Shown: in pieces, positions 1-12,700 of the stretch
How positions within the stretch are numbered: the first letter of the stretch is position 1
How the letters are laid out: each line of letters opens with the position of its first letter
Source: Cyanophora paradoxa CCMP329
Taxonomy: Eukaryota > Plantae > Glaucophyta
Reading direction: 5' to 3'
Length of the DNA stretch: 64,000 nt
Assembly (NCBI GenBank): GCA_004431415.1
Contig: QPMI01000167.1
Span: 161,222-225,221, forward strand
Translations under genes and position numbers: made by a program
Notes under the pieces: generated by a model
What the model was told of the DNA's origin: nothing
The model's database searches: none
What the model saw: the letters and a program-made list of their open reading frames with translations, nothing else

Positions 1-1742
1 GAGCGGGGAGGGGCGCGGAGACGCACTTCTCGCCAGGCGGCCGGCGGGCCGGCTGTTGGGGCCTCCTGGGGGGCGGTGAGGGCCGGCGGGCGCCGCCGAA
101 AGGCGGGGCGCACGGAGTTTGAGGTGGAAGCGAGGGCGTGGGCGGCGTGGCGGAGGGCGGCGAAGGCGGCGGGGTCGTTGACGAGGGGCGGGTAGGGCGT
201 GCTCGGCACGCTGAACTCGGCGCTGCAGTTGTGCGCCGCGGCCGCCGCCTCGATCGTCTCGCGCACCTGCGCCCCGCTCGCGGCGGCGTGGCGGGGCCCG
301 GCGGCGGGGGGCGGGGGGCGGGCCTGGAGGAGGAGGGCGGCGTGGGCGTCTGCGGAGAGGGCGCGGACGGTGCCGCCGAGGCGGGCCTGCTCGGGGATGA
401 CGTTCAGGCCGCTCCCCGTCCCCGCCTCCAGCAGCGTCACCGAGACCACCGCCGACTCGAACGGGCTGGGCCCCCTCAGCACCCCGCCCCGCCTCTGCGG
501 CGCCCCGCGGCGCACCTCGTGCGGCGGGCGACGAGCTGCGGGGGGGGAGTCGGTTACGGCATCCGGAGCGGGGCGGGGGCGGGGGCGGGGCGGACGGTCT
601 GGAGGGCGAGGACGGCGCTGGCGGCTGCGGGGACGGGGTCGACGGCGAGGTGCGGCATCGCCGCGTGGCCCCCGCGGCCCCGGATCGTCGCCACGAAGCG
701 CCCCGACGCCGCCATCTACGCGCGCCCGTCCCACCCGTCCTCCACCCGCCCTAGGCCCGCCCCCGCCGTCGCGCCCTCGTGCGCACCAGCGGCCCTGCCA
801 CGCTCCCCACCAGCCCCACCGGAAGCTGCGGCCCGGCAGTCAGCCCGGTCTCCCGGGGCGGGGGCGGTCGGTTTACATCGGGCCAAGTGTGAAGACCGAA
901 CACGGCTTCGGAGGGCGCGAGGTCGCTGGGGCCGGCGCGCAGGGCACCCTCGTTGCACATGCGGAGGGCGCCGGCGCCGCCCTCCTCCTGCGCGCGCCTC
1001 AGGTGGCATCCACCCGCTCCAAAATCGACGACCTTAGTTTGCGTACGGCGGGCTGGAAGAGGAGCCTGGGGAGCGCCGTGTGAGCGGCCCGGCGGTGGAG
1101 CGGTGCGGGTGTGGCGGTGCCGGGCGGGGCCGGCGTCGGACCTGACGGTGCCGTTCAGAACGGCCTCCCGCGCCTTCAGCAGCCGCGCCGCCCCGAGCAG
1201 CATCGCCACGTGCCCTGCCGCCGCCCCCGTAAGCCTTGAAGCCCGGCCGCTAGCGGCCGGCCGGCACCGTCGTGCCCGCAAGCGTGCATGCGTCCGCCTA
1301 TCTCGCTGCGGAACGGAGACTCGACCGCCTCTTGGATCGGCAAAGCGTCCATGTCGGCACGGAGAGCCACAGAGCGCGGCCCGCGCCCCATCCAGGCCAC
1401 GACACCAGTGTCGGCCTGTGACAGCCGTCGGCGCCAGCGCTAGCGCGTATAGTAGGTTGGCAGCGCTAGCGCCCGGCGTACGATAGGGTGATGGAAAGGG
1501 ATCTGCAGCTCAGAGAGCACCTCTCGCACGAACGCCGACGTCTCGAATTCTTTGTAAGCGAGCTCCGGACGCCTGTGGATGCGCTGTCTAATAGCTCGCA
1601 TCCATTCGACCGCGCCCCGCGCCTCCACAAGGAGTTCGCCGGCTGGATCAGAAACTGTTGCTCCCAGCTGCAGGCCGGCAAGCGGCCCTTCAGAGGCCAG
1701 CGCGCACGCGCAGCACGCCATCAGGACCCACGCGCGCAGCAT
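1..1742 (-). CDS. Peptidase M20D amidohydrolase (IAA-amino acid hydrolase ILR1-like) with signal peptide; multi-exon, 3' end runs off the window
   Basis: Exons encode [16 protein letters not shown] (signal), [56 protein letters not shown]|EEGGAGA, FGLHTWP. These are all M20D hallmark motifs. Confidence 0.9.
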
Positions 1743-1897
1743 GTTCACAGACTGCACGAAGCCTCCTACGCGCCCGAGCGATGAATCCCCAGGGCCAGGG
1801 CCGAAGGTTCGTGTACCCCCAAATCCAAACTACCTCTACTCCCAGCAACGCGACCGCCCACCGCCTCGCCTTCGCCGCAGCGCAGAAGCAAGGCGTA

Positions 1898-2686
1898 ATG
1901 CACAGCGCAGTGCTAAAGCGACTGGCTCCAGCCGCGCGGCGCTCTTCGGCGGTTCAGCGGCGGATCGCGGAGCGCGTCTTGAGCGCAGCGGCGAACGAGT
2001 GCTCGTCAAGCACGTCGGCAGCGACGCCGCGGATGCTGGCGGACTGGCGCTTGCCACATATCGTTGCTTCGCGTCACAGCGCGGTGTTGGCGAGGAATGC
2101 GCACTCCAAGCCGTCCGTGCTCAAGCCGCGGAGCGGGCCCCCGCCTCTGGAGTGAGTCACTCACACTTTGTACTCACCGGCGCCCGGGCTCACGCGGTCT
2201 GCTGCAGCGCGGAAGGCCTGCTGGACGAGCACGTCTATCATGAGGCGGCGGACGCGCAGATGGATCGGTTGCACGACTGGTTGGAACCCATATGCGAGGC
2301 CGAGGAGGAGGAGGATTTTGATCTTGAGCTCAGCGTTCGCTCCCTGGCGCGTGCTGCGGTCGCTTGAACTCTCTGAGGGCCAGCCGCGCAGATGGGCGTG
2401 CTGACCCTCAAGCTCGGGAGACATGGCACGTACGTGATCAATAAGCAAGCCCCCAATCGCCAGATCTGGTTTTCCTCGCCCTTGAGGTCCGCTGCTCTTG
2501 CGCATGCACGGGCTCCACAGATCGGTGCCTGACCAGCTCGTGCGTCACAGCGGGCCGGGTCGGTACAATCTGGATTACGCTGGAGGCCTGTGGCGGAGCA
2601 ATCGTGATACCAGGTCTCTCGAGGGCGTGCTAAGCGCCGAGCTCTCCAAGATGCTCGGCAGGCCAATACCCCCTCCCGTGAGCTAG
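1898..2686 (+). CDS. FXN: Frataxin, mitochondrial (multi-exon)
   Basis: Arg/Ser-rich presequence MHSAVLKRL..., then [29 protein letters not shown]|[31 protein letters not shown]|SGPGRY. This is the frataxin signature. Confidence 0.93.
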
Positions 2687-2817
2687 GCTCCGCTAGCCCC
2701 AGACTCCCCAGTTAAGCTGAGATCTCGCAGCCAAACGTTTGCTCGAAACATTTACTTGTCGGTATTACAATCGCATGCGGCAAGCTTGAGAGCTTGTACT
2801 TGTACGGCGGCGGGCCG

Positions 2818-4880
2818 ATGGGCTCATTTGCGCCCTCCTGCAGCTGGCCATGGCACGGGGCGCCGGCCGGCCTTTCAGCCGCAACTGCGCACAGCAGATT
2901 CAACATCTTACCCTCGACCGCGGATCTTGCTCCGGCAGCCCGGCCGCGGTGCACGTGCACAATGGTCAAGGCCGGCGCTCGCATCAAGCACGGGCGCTGG
3001 TTCGGCTGCCCTATGCAGTTTCGTTCAAGGCCGGCTCTCAGCTACGCGGCCAAGTCAGGCTCAGCTGCAGTTTGCGAACCGCGCGCATGCGCGGAGGAGC
3101 TCGAGGACGCCGCTAGCGCTGCCGAGTTTGTCGCGCTCACGCGGCGGGAGCTGGAGCGCGAGGCAGCGCCGGCTTCTGCGCCGTCGAATGTCCTCGCCGC
3201 CCTCTTCTTGCCCGTGCGCCCCCGTGCAGGCTCCCGATGGACGAAAGTTGGACGAAAGTTGGACGAAAGTTGGACGAAAGTTGGACGAAAGCTGACGTCC
3301 CCGATGGCAGATTGGCTACCCGCAGTCTGTGCCCGAAGGCTACATGGCATGGACATTCTGGCAGGCACTCCGAACCGTTTTTTTACAGTGCGCGCCCACC
3401 GGCCGCGCGCGGCCCCCGCCGCTTCGATCGCACTCCGGGTCCTGCTTAAGCTTCAATTGCAAGACAGCCTGTGACTTCCCGGCCGGCCCAGGACGTGCAG
3501 CGTGATTAGCACTGAAGCGCTGCTCCTGTCGGTCGGCCTTAGCGCCTCTTCCGCTCTCCCGCTTTCAGCAATTTGGAACTGGGTCCGCGATCCGTATCCC
3601 CGCCCAAATCGATATCTCGAGCTCCGAAAAGCTCTTAAGAGAGACCGGTGCGATGGCGCGCAGGTTCTGAAGGACGGGCTCGGGTACTTGTTGAAGCTGC
3701 TCTTCGGCTCGCGTTTCGCGCCCTCTTTCGACCGGGAGCCGAAGCGCTGGCGGGTGGCATGCGACGCGGTCATGGTGACCGGCGGCCTGCTGGAGGTGTC
3801 GACGGCGCTCTTCCCCGCGCAGTTCCTCATCCTCGCGGCCCTCGGAAACGGTGCGCGCCATGCCCCTGCCGGAAGCGCCGTGCAAACGGGGCGCCGGCAG
3901 CGGTCAAGGCCTGCGCCGACGCTGCGACGGTGCGGGGCGCACGCCTGCGGGGACCGTGGGGCTGGGGCGGGCGCTGAGGGGGGGGCAGGGGGCGAGCTAC
4001 CGGGTGTTCCTGAACTCGTTCGCGGAGGGCGCTGGGAACATCGGGGACGTCTCGGCGAAGAGCGAGTCGCAGATTGTCGCCGCCAACGTCCTCGGCGCGC
4101 GCCCCGCCCGTCCTGGCTCCTCCCTGCCCCGCCCCGGCGTGACCGGTCCCCGCAGGCCTCGCCCTCGGCGTCGGGCTCTCGGCGGCTTTGGGGACGGAGG
4201 GGGGCGGGGCGCGGCTGGCGGCGGCGTACGTCGGCCTCGCGGTCGCGCACGTGGTCTTCACCGCGCGCGCCGCCTACGCCGTCCTCCTCCCCACCCTCAA
4301 CTATCAGCGGCTTGCCACCCTCCTCGCCGCCGCCTCCACCGGCGCCCCGCTCCCCTCCCCCGCCGCCGTCAACCGCGCCGAGCGCTTCTGGCCGGGCGCC
4401 GGCCCGCACCTCGTCGTACCGGGCGGGGCGGGCGGGGCGTGGGGGCGGCGGGGCGGGGCGATGATCGTGCTGGGGGCGCCCGTGGGGTCGGTGCTGGCGG
4501 CGGGCCCCGGCGGCCTCGTGCGGCTCTACGCCGACGAGCGCTACCTGCTCGCCCTGGAGCCGGCGGCGGGGCGGGCGGGGGGCGGGGGCGGGCGGGGCGC
4601 GCGCCCTCGTCGCGCTTCGCGAGGACGCCGGCGAGGGCGACCTCCTCCAGGCCCTCGCCCAGGCACACCGCCTGCTCGCCCAGCCCGCCCCCCGCGAGCC
4701 CCCGCCCGGCCACGACCCTCTCCTGCCCCTCCGCCAGAGCCTCCGCTGGGCCCGCGCCGCAGCTCCCGCAGTTGTCCGCGAGGCTGCCGCCGCCGGCTGG
4801 CGCACGACTCCCCTCCTCCTGCCCCCGGCCCACCACCTCTACCGCCGCATCCCGGGCCCGGCGGCTCCGGGCGGCCATAG
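2818..4880 (+). CDS. Root UVB sensitive (RUS/DUF647) family protein, probably plastid-targeted; 3' end approximate
   Basis: LFLP..YPQSV, ISTEALLLSVG, WNWVLKDGLG, FDREPKRWRV, SFAEGAGNIGDVSAKSESQ, LPTLNYQRL. N-terminus MGSFAPS has Phe at position 4. Confidence 0.82.
3239..3291 (+). repeat. Intronic 11-bp tandem repeat (GGACGAAAGTT) x4.8
   Basis: Perfect tandem copies are directly visible in the first RUS intron. Confidence 0.95.
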
Positions 4881-5202
4881 CGAGACGTCGACATCATCAG
4901 ACGTCGACTCTTCAGCTTCGTGCAAAAGCGACTGACATGTTACTAATGTCGAGCATCACTCGTGACTGAAATCAGCAAAGCAAACGGTGCAGCGAAAAAG
5001 CGAGGAGCGTTGATATCTACCGCTGAAGCGAAATGAGAACTGTAGCAGAAGCTGTGGAAAAAGGGAAATAAAAGGTCTGAGCCGTTGAGAGGCCATTTTC
5101 AAAGAAGGGGTGCGCCACGGTGCGGACGGCGACGGGAGACGGCGGCTGGGCACGACAAGGCGAGGAGAACGGAGGGGAACGGGGCGGGGGCGGGGCGGGC
5201 GG

Positions 5203-7033
5203 TCAGCACTCGGGGGAGAAGGAGTCGCGGCGGCCCTCGAGGCGGGCGAGGGTGCGCCGGCTTTGCCGCGTCGCGTAGTGCTCCGCCCCCAGCCGCTCCC
5301 GCCGGATCGCCACCGCCCGCTGCCGCCCGTCACGCGCCGCGGCGGGCAAAGGCGAAGGGCGGGGGCGGGGCACCTGGGCGGCGGCGCGGGCGGCGGGGCG
5401 CTCGGAGTCGGGGAGGGCGAGGGCGAGGGCCTCGAGGGCCTCCGCGAGGAGCGGGTGCCCGCCCCCGAGCGCCGTCTCCCGCACCGCGCACGCCCGCTCC
5501 GCCAGCTGCCCCGCCCGCCCCGCCTCCCCCGCCACCCGCGCCAGCGCCCCTCCACCAGCAGCGCCTCCGCCGTCTCCCCGCCCGCCCCGCCCCGCCGCCA
5601 GCTGCTCCCCAGTCGGCGGCGGGGCGGCGGGGCGGGGCGGGGCGGGCGGGGCGGGACCTCGAGGAGGGGCCGGGCCCTGGCGGCGTCCCCGCGGGCGGCG
5701 AAGTGGAGGGCGAGGGCGAAGAGGGTGCCCGGGGGCGGGGGCGGCCTGCCCCCCGCGCGCCCCCGCTCCACGATCTCGAGCGCGCGCTGCGGGGCCGTCA
5801 GCGGGGGCGGGGCGGGGCGGGGGCGGGGCGGGCCTTGAAGGAGCGGGCGGCGGCGTCGGGCTCGCCGGCGGCCTCGAAGAGGGCCCCCAGGCCGCCCAGC
5901 GCCTCCGCCACCGCTGCGTCGTGCGGCCCGCGCCGCACCGACGCCGCCTCCAGCGCCCGCTGGTACAGCTCCCGCGCCCGCCCCAGCTCCCCCTGCCGCC
6001 CCTCGCGCCCCGCCGCCGCCGCGGCGCCGCGGGGCGCGGGGGCGCGGACCTGGAGGAGGCGGAGGCGGGCGAGGGCCATGCGGGCGGCGAGGGGGCCGTC
6101 GGGGGCGGCCGCGGGGCCCCCTCCCGAGCTCCAGCGCCTCCTCCAGCAGCTCCGCCGCCGCCCCGTACTCGCCCCGCGCCTCCCGCTCCCCGCCGCCCGC
6201 CGCAGCGCCGCCCCGTCCTGCCGCAGCGCCAGCAGCTGCCCCCGCACGCTGCCCTCCCCACCGCGGGCCCGGCGCGGGGCCGCCGTCGCCGCCTAGGGCG
6301 GCGCGGGCCTTCGCCTGCGCGCGCGCGCCGATCTCGCCGGCGCGCTTGAAGGCGGCTCTGGCGGCCGCCTCGTCGCCCCCGGCGCGGAGGGCCTCGCCGA
6401 GCCCGGCGAGGGCCTCCGCGAGGAGGGGCGAGTGCGGCCCGCGGTGCTTCTGCGCGATCTCCATCGCCCGCTGGAACATGAAGAGGCTCCGCTCGCGGCG
6501 CCCCTGCGCGGCGTAGAGCCTCGCGAGGTCGAGGGAGGCGGCCGCGAGGCTGTCGTGCTCCTGCCCGAGGGCAGCCTGGTCGACCTCCAGCGCCCTCTCC
6601 AGCAGATCTACCGCCTGCGCGAACTCGCCCCTCTCCACGCACGCCTCCGCCGCCGCTGCAGCCCCCGCGCTCTCGACGCCACGCGCGCGCGCGAGCTCGA
6701 GCGCTGAGCGAGCCGCGCCGCACCTCGGAGGCTCGTCGTGTCTTTCCTGAGGCCGCGCAGCCTACTTCGAATACTGCCGTTGCTTCCGACGGAGCCGTGT
6801 GAGCCGTCCGACTCTGGCAATCAGGCGCAAGATCAGGCGCGCGCGTCCTCACGCGTCACGCTCAGAGCTGGCGGCTCGAGTTCGCTCGACGCACCCGATG
6901 GCGGCTCGAGTTCACCCGCAAATGTCCGCGACTCCTGACTCCCTTCGGATAGGGAAGGGCAGGGCTTCGATTGGAAGTCCTGGCCGGTAGAAAAGCGCTT
7001 GCGGTTTGCGGTCTTGCTGCCGGATGTTCCCAT
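5203..7033 (-). CDS. TPR protein (kinesin-light-chain/TPR_12-like repeats) with N-myristoylation-type start
   Basis: GEFAQAVDLLERALEVDQAALGQEHDSLAAASLDLARLY, ARELYQRALE, ERLGAEHYAT. Start MGTSGSK joins via a phase-1 GT-AG intron (ACGC|gtgag...ccag|AGTCG). Confidence 0.75.
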
Positions 7034-7346
7034 TCCAGGCAGCTGCAGAATCAGCTGTGCCAGCCAGCCCGCTGTGCAGGCCGTGCGCCGCCGATTGCAG
7101 TTACGATCCAGGAGCTCAATTGAAGGTGATACAGCACAACCGAACACGATACTCCGCCCAGGGGACTCTCGCCTCGTCGCTTTCTGAGAAGTCGCGCCCC
7201 TTTTTTTCTGAATCGCATCTACCCCCCTCGAACCAGCGAGTCGCAGCGACTCTGGCAGCGGCAGCGGCAGCGACTCTGGCAGCGAGTCAGCAGCGTGTCA
7301 GCAGCGACGTCCAGCGTGCAGTGCCGGTCCAGCGGTCCGGGCAGCC

Positions 7347-9565
7347 ATGTTCTCTGTGGCACCGGTACCTGCGGCCTGCAGCCCGGCGCCTGCACGCGCC
7401 GCACCTGGCCGCCCTACCTCAAGCTGCGCTGTGACGCTCGTGCGTCCAATTCCACGCCGCACAACGCGGCAGGCGGCAGCCGCTTCGTGGCACGGCGCAC
7501 GCGTGCGTTTGCGCGATGCAGCGTCTTCTAGGCTGTTTAGTGCGGAACCACGCTTTCTTGTGCGGGCGGAGGTCGGCAAGGAAACCGCGGGCGGCCAGTT
7601 TTCGCAATCTTTCAAGCAGCTCTCTGGCGTCGATTTCTCCCCCGAGGTCGCTGCGATCATGAGCGTCTACTTCGTTCAGGGCGTGCTCGGCCTGGCGCGC
7701 CTCGCGATAAGCTTCTTCCTCAAGGACGAGCTGAGCTTGAGCCCCGCGGCGGTCGGCGCCCTCACGGGGGTGGCGATGCTCCCCTGGCTGATCAAGCCGT
7801 TGTACGGCTTCATTTCGGACGCTGTACGGCTTTGTCTCTGTTCGTTTTGCTTCGGCGCTTCTGACGCACCGTGGCAAACGTCTCGTCGCAGTTTCCCTTA
7901 TTTGGATACAGAAGGCGGTCGTACCTGCTGCTCGCAGGTTAGTTATGCCGAGCCTCGGGAGATGCTTTAAATCTCTCATTTACGGCAGGTCTCGCTGGCT
8001 CGTGTGCTTGGCTGGCCCTGAGCACCGTCGTGAGCGACCCGGCGAGCGCCACCGCGGCCTGCTTCGTCGCCTCGATGTCCGTCGCCGTCGCCGACGTGGT
8101 CGTGGACTCCCTCGTCGTGGAGAAGGCGCGGGGGGAGGAGCCTGGGCTTGCGGGCTCGCTGCAGTCGCTCTGCTGGGGCTCCTCGGCGGTCGGGGGCCTG
8201 CTGAGCGCCTACTTCTCGGGGAGCCTCATCGAGGCGCTCGGCACGCGCGGCGTCTTCGCCGCCGCCGCCGTCTTCCCGCTTCTCACCGCTTCGGTCTCTA
8301 CGCTCCTTCAGGAGGCCCGCGCCGCCCCCGACCGCCCGGACGGGTGCGGCCGCCACGCGGGGCGGGCGGCGGGGCGCTGAGGGCGCGCAGGCTGGCGCCC
8401 GTGCTCGAGCAAGTCCGCCTCCTCAAGGAGGCCGTCACGCAGCGCGCGGTACGCCCCGCGCTTCCCGCTGCCTTCCGGAGGCCGAGCGCGGGGCGGGGGT
8501 AGGTCTGGCTCCCCACCCTCTTCCTCTTTATATGGCAGGCCTCCGCCAACTCGGACGCCGCCTGGTTCTTCTACCTGTACGCCCCCCGCCCCGCCCCCCG
8601 CCCGCCCCACCGCCCCCCTGACGCGCTGCACAGCACCAACGAGCTAGGCTTCGTACGCGCCCCCCCCCGGGGGGGGGGGGGGGGGGGGTTCACACGTGAC
8701 GGGCCGCAGCGACCGGAGTTCCTGGGGCGGGTGCGGCTGTTCACGTCGGCGGGGGCGCTGGTGGGCGTGGCGCTGTACAACCGCTGGTTCCGGACGGTGC
8801 CGCTGCGGACGATCTTCTTCTGGAGCACGCTTGCGTCGGCCCCGCTCGGCCTCACCTCCCTGTACGCCCCCCGCCGCCCGCCCCCGCCCCCGCTGCGCCC
8901 CATTTAACGGGGCCAACGCCAGCGTCCTCGTCTACCACCTCAACCGCGCCTTCGGCATCCCCGACGAGCTGTCCGCCCCTCGCCCCCGCCCTCCCCCCGG
9001 CCCCGTCCCCGCTCACGCCCCGCCGCAGCTTCGCGATGGGCGACTCGGTGGTGCGGCGGCCCCCGCGCGCGCGTGGGCGCGCGGGGCGCGACGGGGCGGG
9101 CAGGTGCTCACCGTTCTGGGGCAAATTTCGTTCATGCCGGTGCTGGTGCTGGCGGCGCGGCTGTGCCCGCCGGGCGTCGAGGCCTCCCTATTCGCACTGC
9201 TGATGTCGTGCATCAATGGGGCCTCTACTGTGCGCCCCCCGCCGCCCGACCCCGCTGCGCCCCGCCGAGCTCCCGCCCCAGGTCGGCACCGAGCTCGGCG
9301 CGCTCCTCACCTCCCTCCTCGGTGTCACGGAGAGCGACTTCAGCAACCTTCCGCTCCTCCTCCTCATCTGCAACCTCTCCTCCTGGATCCCGCTGCCATT
9401 CATTTCCTGGCTGCCGGCCGAGAGCTCGGCCGAAGCCGCAAGGTGCATGCGCCCTGCCCGCCTGCCCTCCACGCAGTGTGACCGAGCGCCACCGGCAGCG
9501 CTGCAGAGCTCGAGAGAGCGAAAGGCGTCCTCCCCCCCCCGGACGATCCCGAGCACCACATGTAG
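7347..9565 (+). CDS. Folate-biopterin transporter (BT1 family), plastid-targeted
   Basis: Transit peptide MFSVAP..., then [84 protein letters not shown]. Confidence 0.92.
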
Positions 9566-9729
9566 CCCCTGCGATTCTCCCCTCTACCCTCCCTGCCCTC
9601 AGGGCCTTTTCGTTGCTCTCGGGCGCGTCGCAAGGAAAATTTGCTACTGCCACTGCTATCGCGGGTCAAAGAAGAAAAAAAGATGGCGCGGGCCGCCAAA
9701 AACGGACGACTGGCCCGAGGACGGGGGCG

Positions 9730-12700
9730 CTAGAAGCGGAAGCGGATGGGGGGGCCGGCGGATGCGTCGGGGGGCTGGGCGGGCTCGTACGGGGCGCGGT
9801 GCGGGGCGAGGAGGGGCCGGTGCGGGGCCTGCAGGGGCCGTTCGGCCTCCCAGTCGGGGATGCTTCCCGGAGCGCCGTCCCAGGCGCCCCCGCTCCCGTC
9901 GTCCTCGCCGTGCGGCGCCAGCGTCGGCGCCCGCGCGGCGAAGGGCGAGCGCGCGCGCATCGCCGCCTGCAGCTCCGTCCCCTGGTTCCGCGGCGTGTAC
10001 GGCTCCTCCTCCACAGCCGCCGGCCCCGCCGCCCGCCCCGGGGCTCGGGCGGCGCCCAGGGCGAGGGGGAACTCGGCGTGGACCGAGGCGTGCGAGCCCT
10101 GCGTCCCGTTCGGGCGCGCCCACGCACCGCCCCGCGCGCCGCTCGAAGGGCCCGCCCAGCTTCCCTCCACGGCGCCCGGCCCAAGCAGGGGCCGCACGAG
10201 GGGCCCGTGCTGCGATCCCGAGGGCCGCCGCGGGGGCCGGGCCTGCCCTCGAGCCGCCGTTGCGGGGCCGCCGGCGGCGTGATCCGTGAAGGTGGGGCCG
10301 AGGACGGGGGGTGCGAAGATGGAGGCAACGGCCAGCGGCTGGTCCTGCGAGGGCCGGGATCGCAGCCCGAGGAGCGCCTGCGCCTCCGCCACCGCGCTGT
10401 CCCACACCGCCCGCAGGCTGGAGCCGCCGCCAGCCTCTTCGGCGCGGCCCTCCTCCCGCACCACGAATGTCGGCAGGTCGCGCCCACGGCCGAGCTGCGG
10501 CGGCGGCTGGGCGCCAGGGTGCGCGCTGCGGCGGCGGGGCGGCTGCTGTTCGGGGCCGGCGTGGGCGTGGTGCGGGCGCTGCGCAGAGGCGAGGCGCTGC
10601 ATGGACTGCTGCCGCTGGAGGGACTGCTGCCGCTGGAGGCCCTCCCCGTGCCCGTTCACGCCGCCGTGCCCGTGGTGCCCGTGCGGCCGCCGCACGTGCG
10701 CCGCCGCCGCCCCTGCGCCCGCGCCGCCGCCGCCGTCTCCGCCCGGAACGACACCGCCTGCGGGCCCCTTCGGCGGGAGGGGCGGCGGGGCGGCGGGGCG
10801 GCGCACGATCTCGGTGGCGGCGGTGAAGGCGCTCGAGGCGAGGCGGCTCAGGCCGGCACCCGAGGTCGACTCGCCGTGCTCGCCCGCCTCCTGCTTCTGC
10901 GGCCGCCTCGCGGGGGCGCGGCGCCCGCGCGCGGCGCAGGCGCACCCTCGGGGGCGGGGCGACGAGGCCCACGGGCTGCGTGGCGGGGGCCTCTGGGGCC
11001 GGGGGCCCGCCGGCGGCGGCCTGAGCCTGGGCGAGGGCAGCGAACTCGGGGGGGATCTGCGCGGCGTGAGCGACGCGGGGCGGGGCGGGGCGGGGTGGGG
11101 CGGCGGGCCTCGACGCCGAAGAGGGAGGCCTCGCGGGCGAGGAAGGCGGCCTGCCGCCGCCGCTGGTGCTGCGCCCGCAGGTGCGAGTTGATCAGCGCCG
11201 CCAGGTTCCCCAGCGGCGATCCCAGCAGCTGCGCAAGTTCGCCCCATGTCAGCGCCGGGCCGGCGGCGGGGCGGGGCGGCGCGGGCCTGGGTCATAACGC
11301 GGTTGGCGGCGGCCTCGACGGCGGAGCAGAGGACGCCGCGGAAGATGGCGGCGATCGAGTTGTATAGCCAGCTCATCTTTGAGCTCTTGAACGTCAGATC
11401 TGCCGCCCCGCGCCCCGTCGGCCCCTGGCCACGCGGCCCTCGCGCCGCCGCGCCTCGCGCCTGCTCACCGATGTCGGAGACCTTGACGTTGTTGAAGTCA
11501 GCGGCGATCTCCGGGAGCTCCTCCGGGCCACGCTGTACGATCTGCCCGCCCTCAGACCGGCCCGCGCCCCGCCCTGCCCAGGACAGCGCACCTTGAGGGG
11601 GAAGGAGAGGTGCGGGCGGGAGGCCGGTCAAGGCTCGCGCGCGGGGAGCGGGCGTGGCGTGCGCGAGAGGGGGCGTTGTGGGGCAGGGAGGATATGGGAG
11701 TGAAGTTAAACTCGGCGTCGAGGAGGCCGTTCGTCTGCACGGCGGCGTCAGACGGGGCGGGGGGCGGGGCTGGGCGGGGCGGGGCGGGGCGGGCACGGAG
11801 AAGGCGTCGTGCTCCTCGAAGGCGACGCTCCAGGCGATGTCGTTGAAGTTGGCCAGCAGCGACATGCTGCGCCCCCTCGCACGCGCCCCGCCGGCCCCGC
11901 GTCCCACACCGGCACCGCGCACTTGCTCAGGTGGAGCGCGTCCCCGCGCCGCTCGAACCGCACATCCGCCGCCGAGAAGGAGAGCGACGACAGGTGCACG
12001 TTCTTAACCTACGCGGCGCCTCACGCAAAGCGGCCCCGCAGCGCCGCAGCCGGCCCCGCACCGAGAACTCGGCCGGCCCGAGGGGACTTGCTGCGGGCCG
12101 CGTGCGTCGCACAGGGGAAGCGGGCGCGCTGGCGGGCGGGGACGAACCGGAGCGGCCGGATATGGGGGGGACGACGATCTTTCGGATGACCTGGATTAGC
12201 ATGTCGCTGGAGAAGACCTGCGCGCCCGTCGCCCCTGTCCCGGCCGGCGGACCCAGCGGGCGGCGCGCCTGGGAGACGACGTTAATGGCCTCGTCCGTCG
12301 ACAGCGAGACCGCCTTCCCCACGCGGATCACGTCCTCGTGCTGGCCCCCGGTGAGGCTCCGTGGCCGCCTGCAGCCCCCGCCCCCGCGCACCCGTAGCGT
12401 GGCGCTAGCGTCGAACGGGACACGGTCCACGGCGGCGACGGCCCGCAGCAGTAGGGTCCGGCAGGCGCTGATGAGGGACCCCATCACCTGCGAGCACCGC
12501 GTCTGTGTCCCGGGCACGCCCACGCACAACAATAGCGCAAGGTGTGAAAACGAACGTTGTTGCCGGACAGGAGCGATCTCCGACCGAGCTCGGTGTGGAA
12601 GAACGCCTTCAGCTCATCTGCGCAGCAGTACGTAAACGGAACCCGCCAAGGATCGACGGGCCACGACGGACCGTCCACTTCTTGCAGCGTGGCTGCCCGG

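Noticed and set aside
9073-11367. 764-aa plus-strand ORF and the many other long Arg/Gly/Pro/Ala-rich ORFs
   Set aside because: These are artefacts of extreme GC content (few stop codons) overlapping spliced genes. They contain no recognisable motifs.
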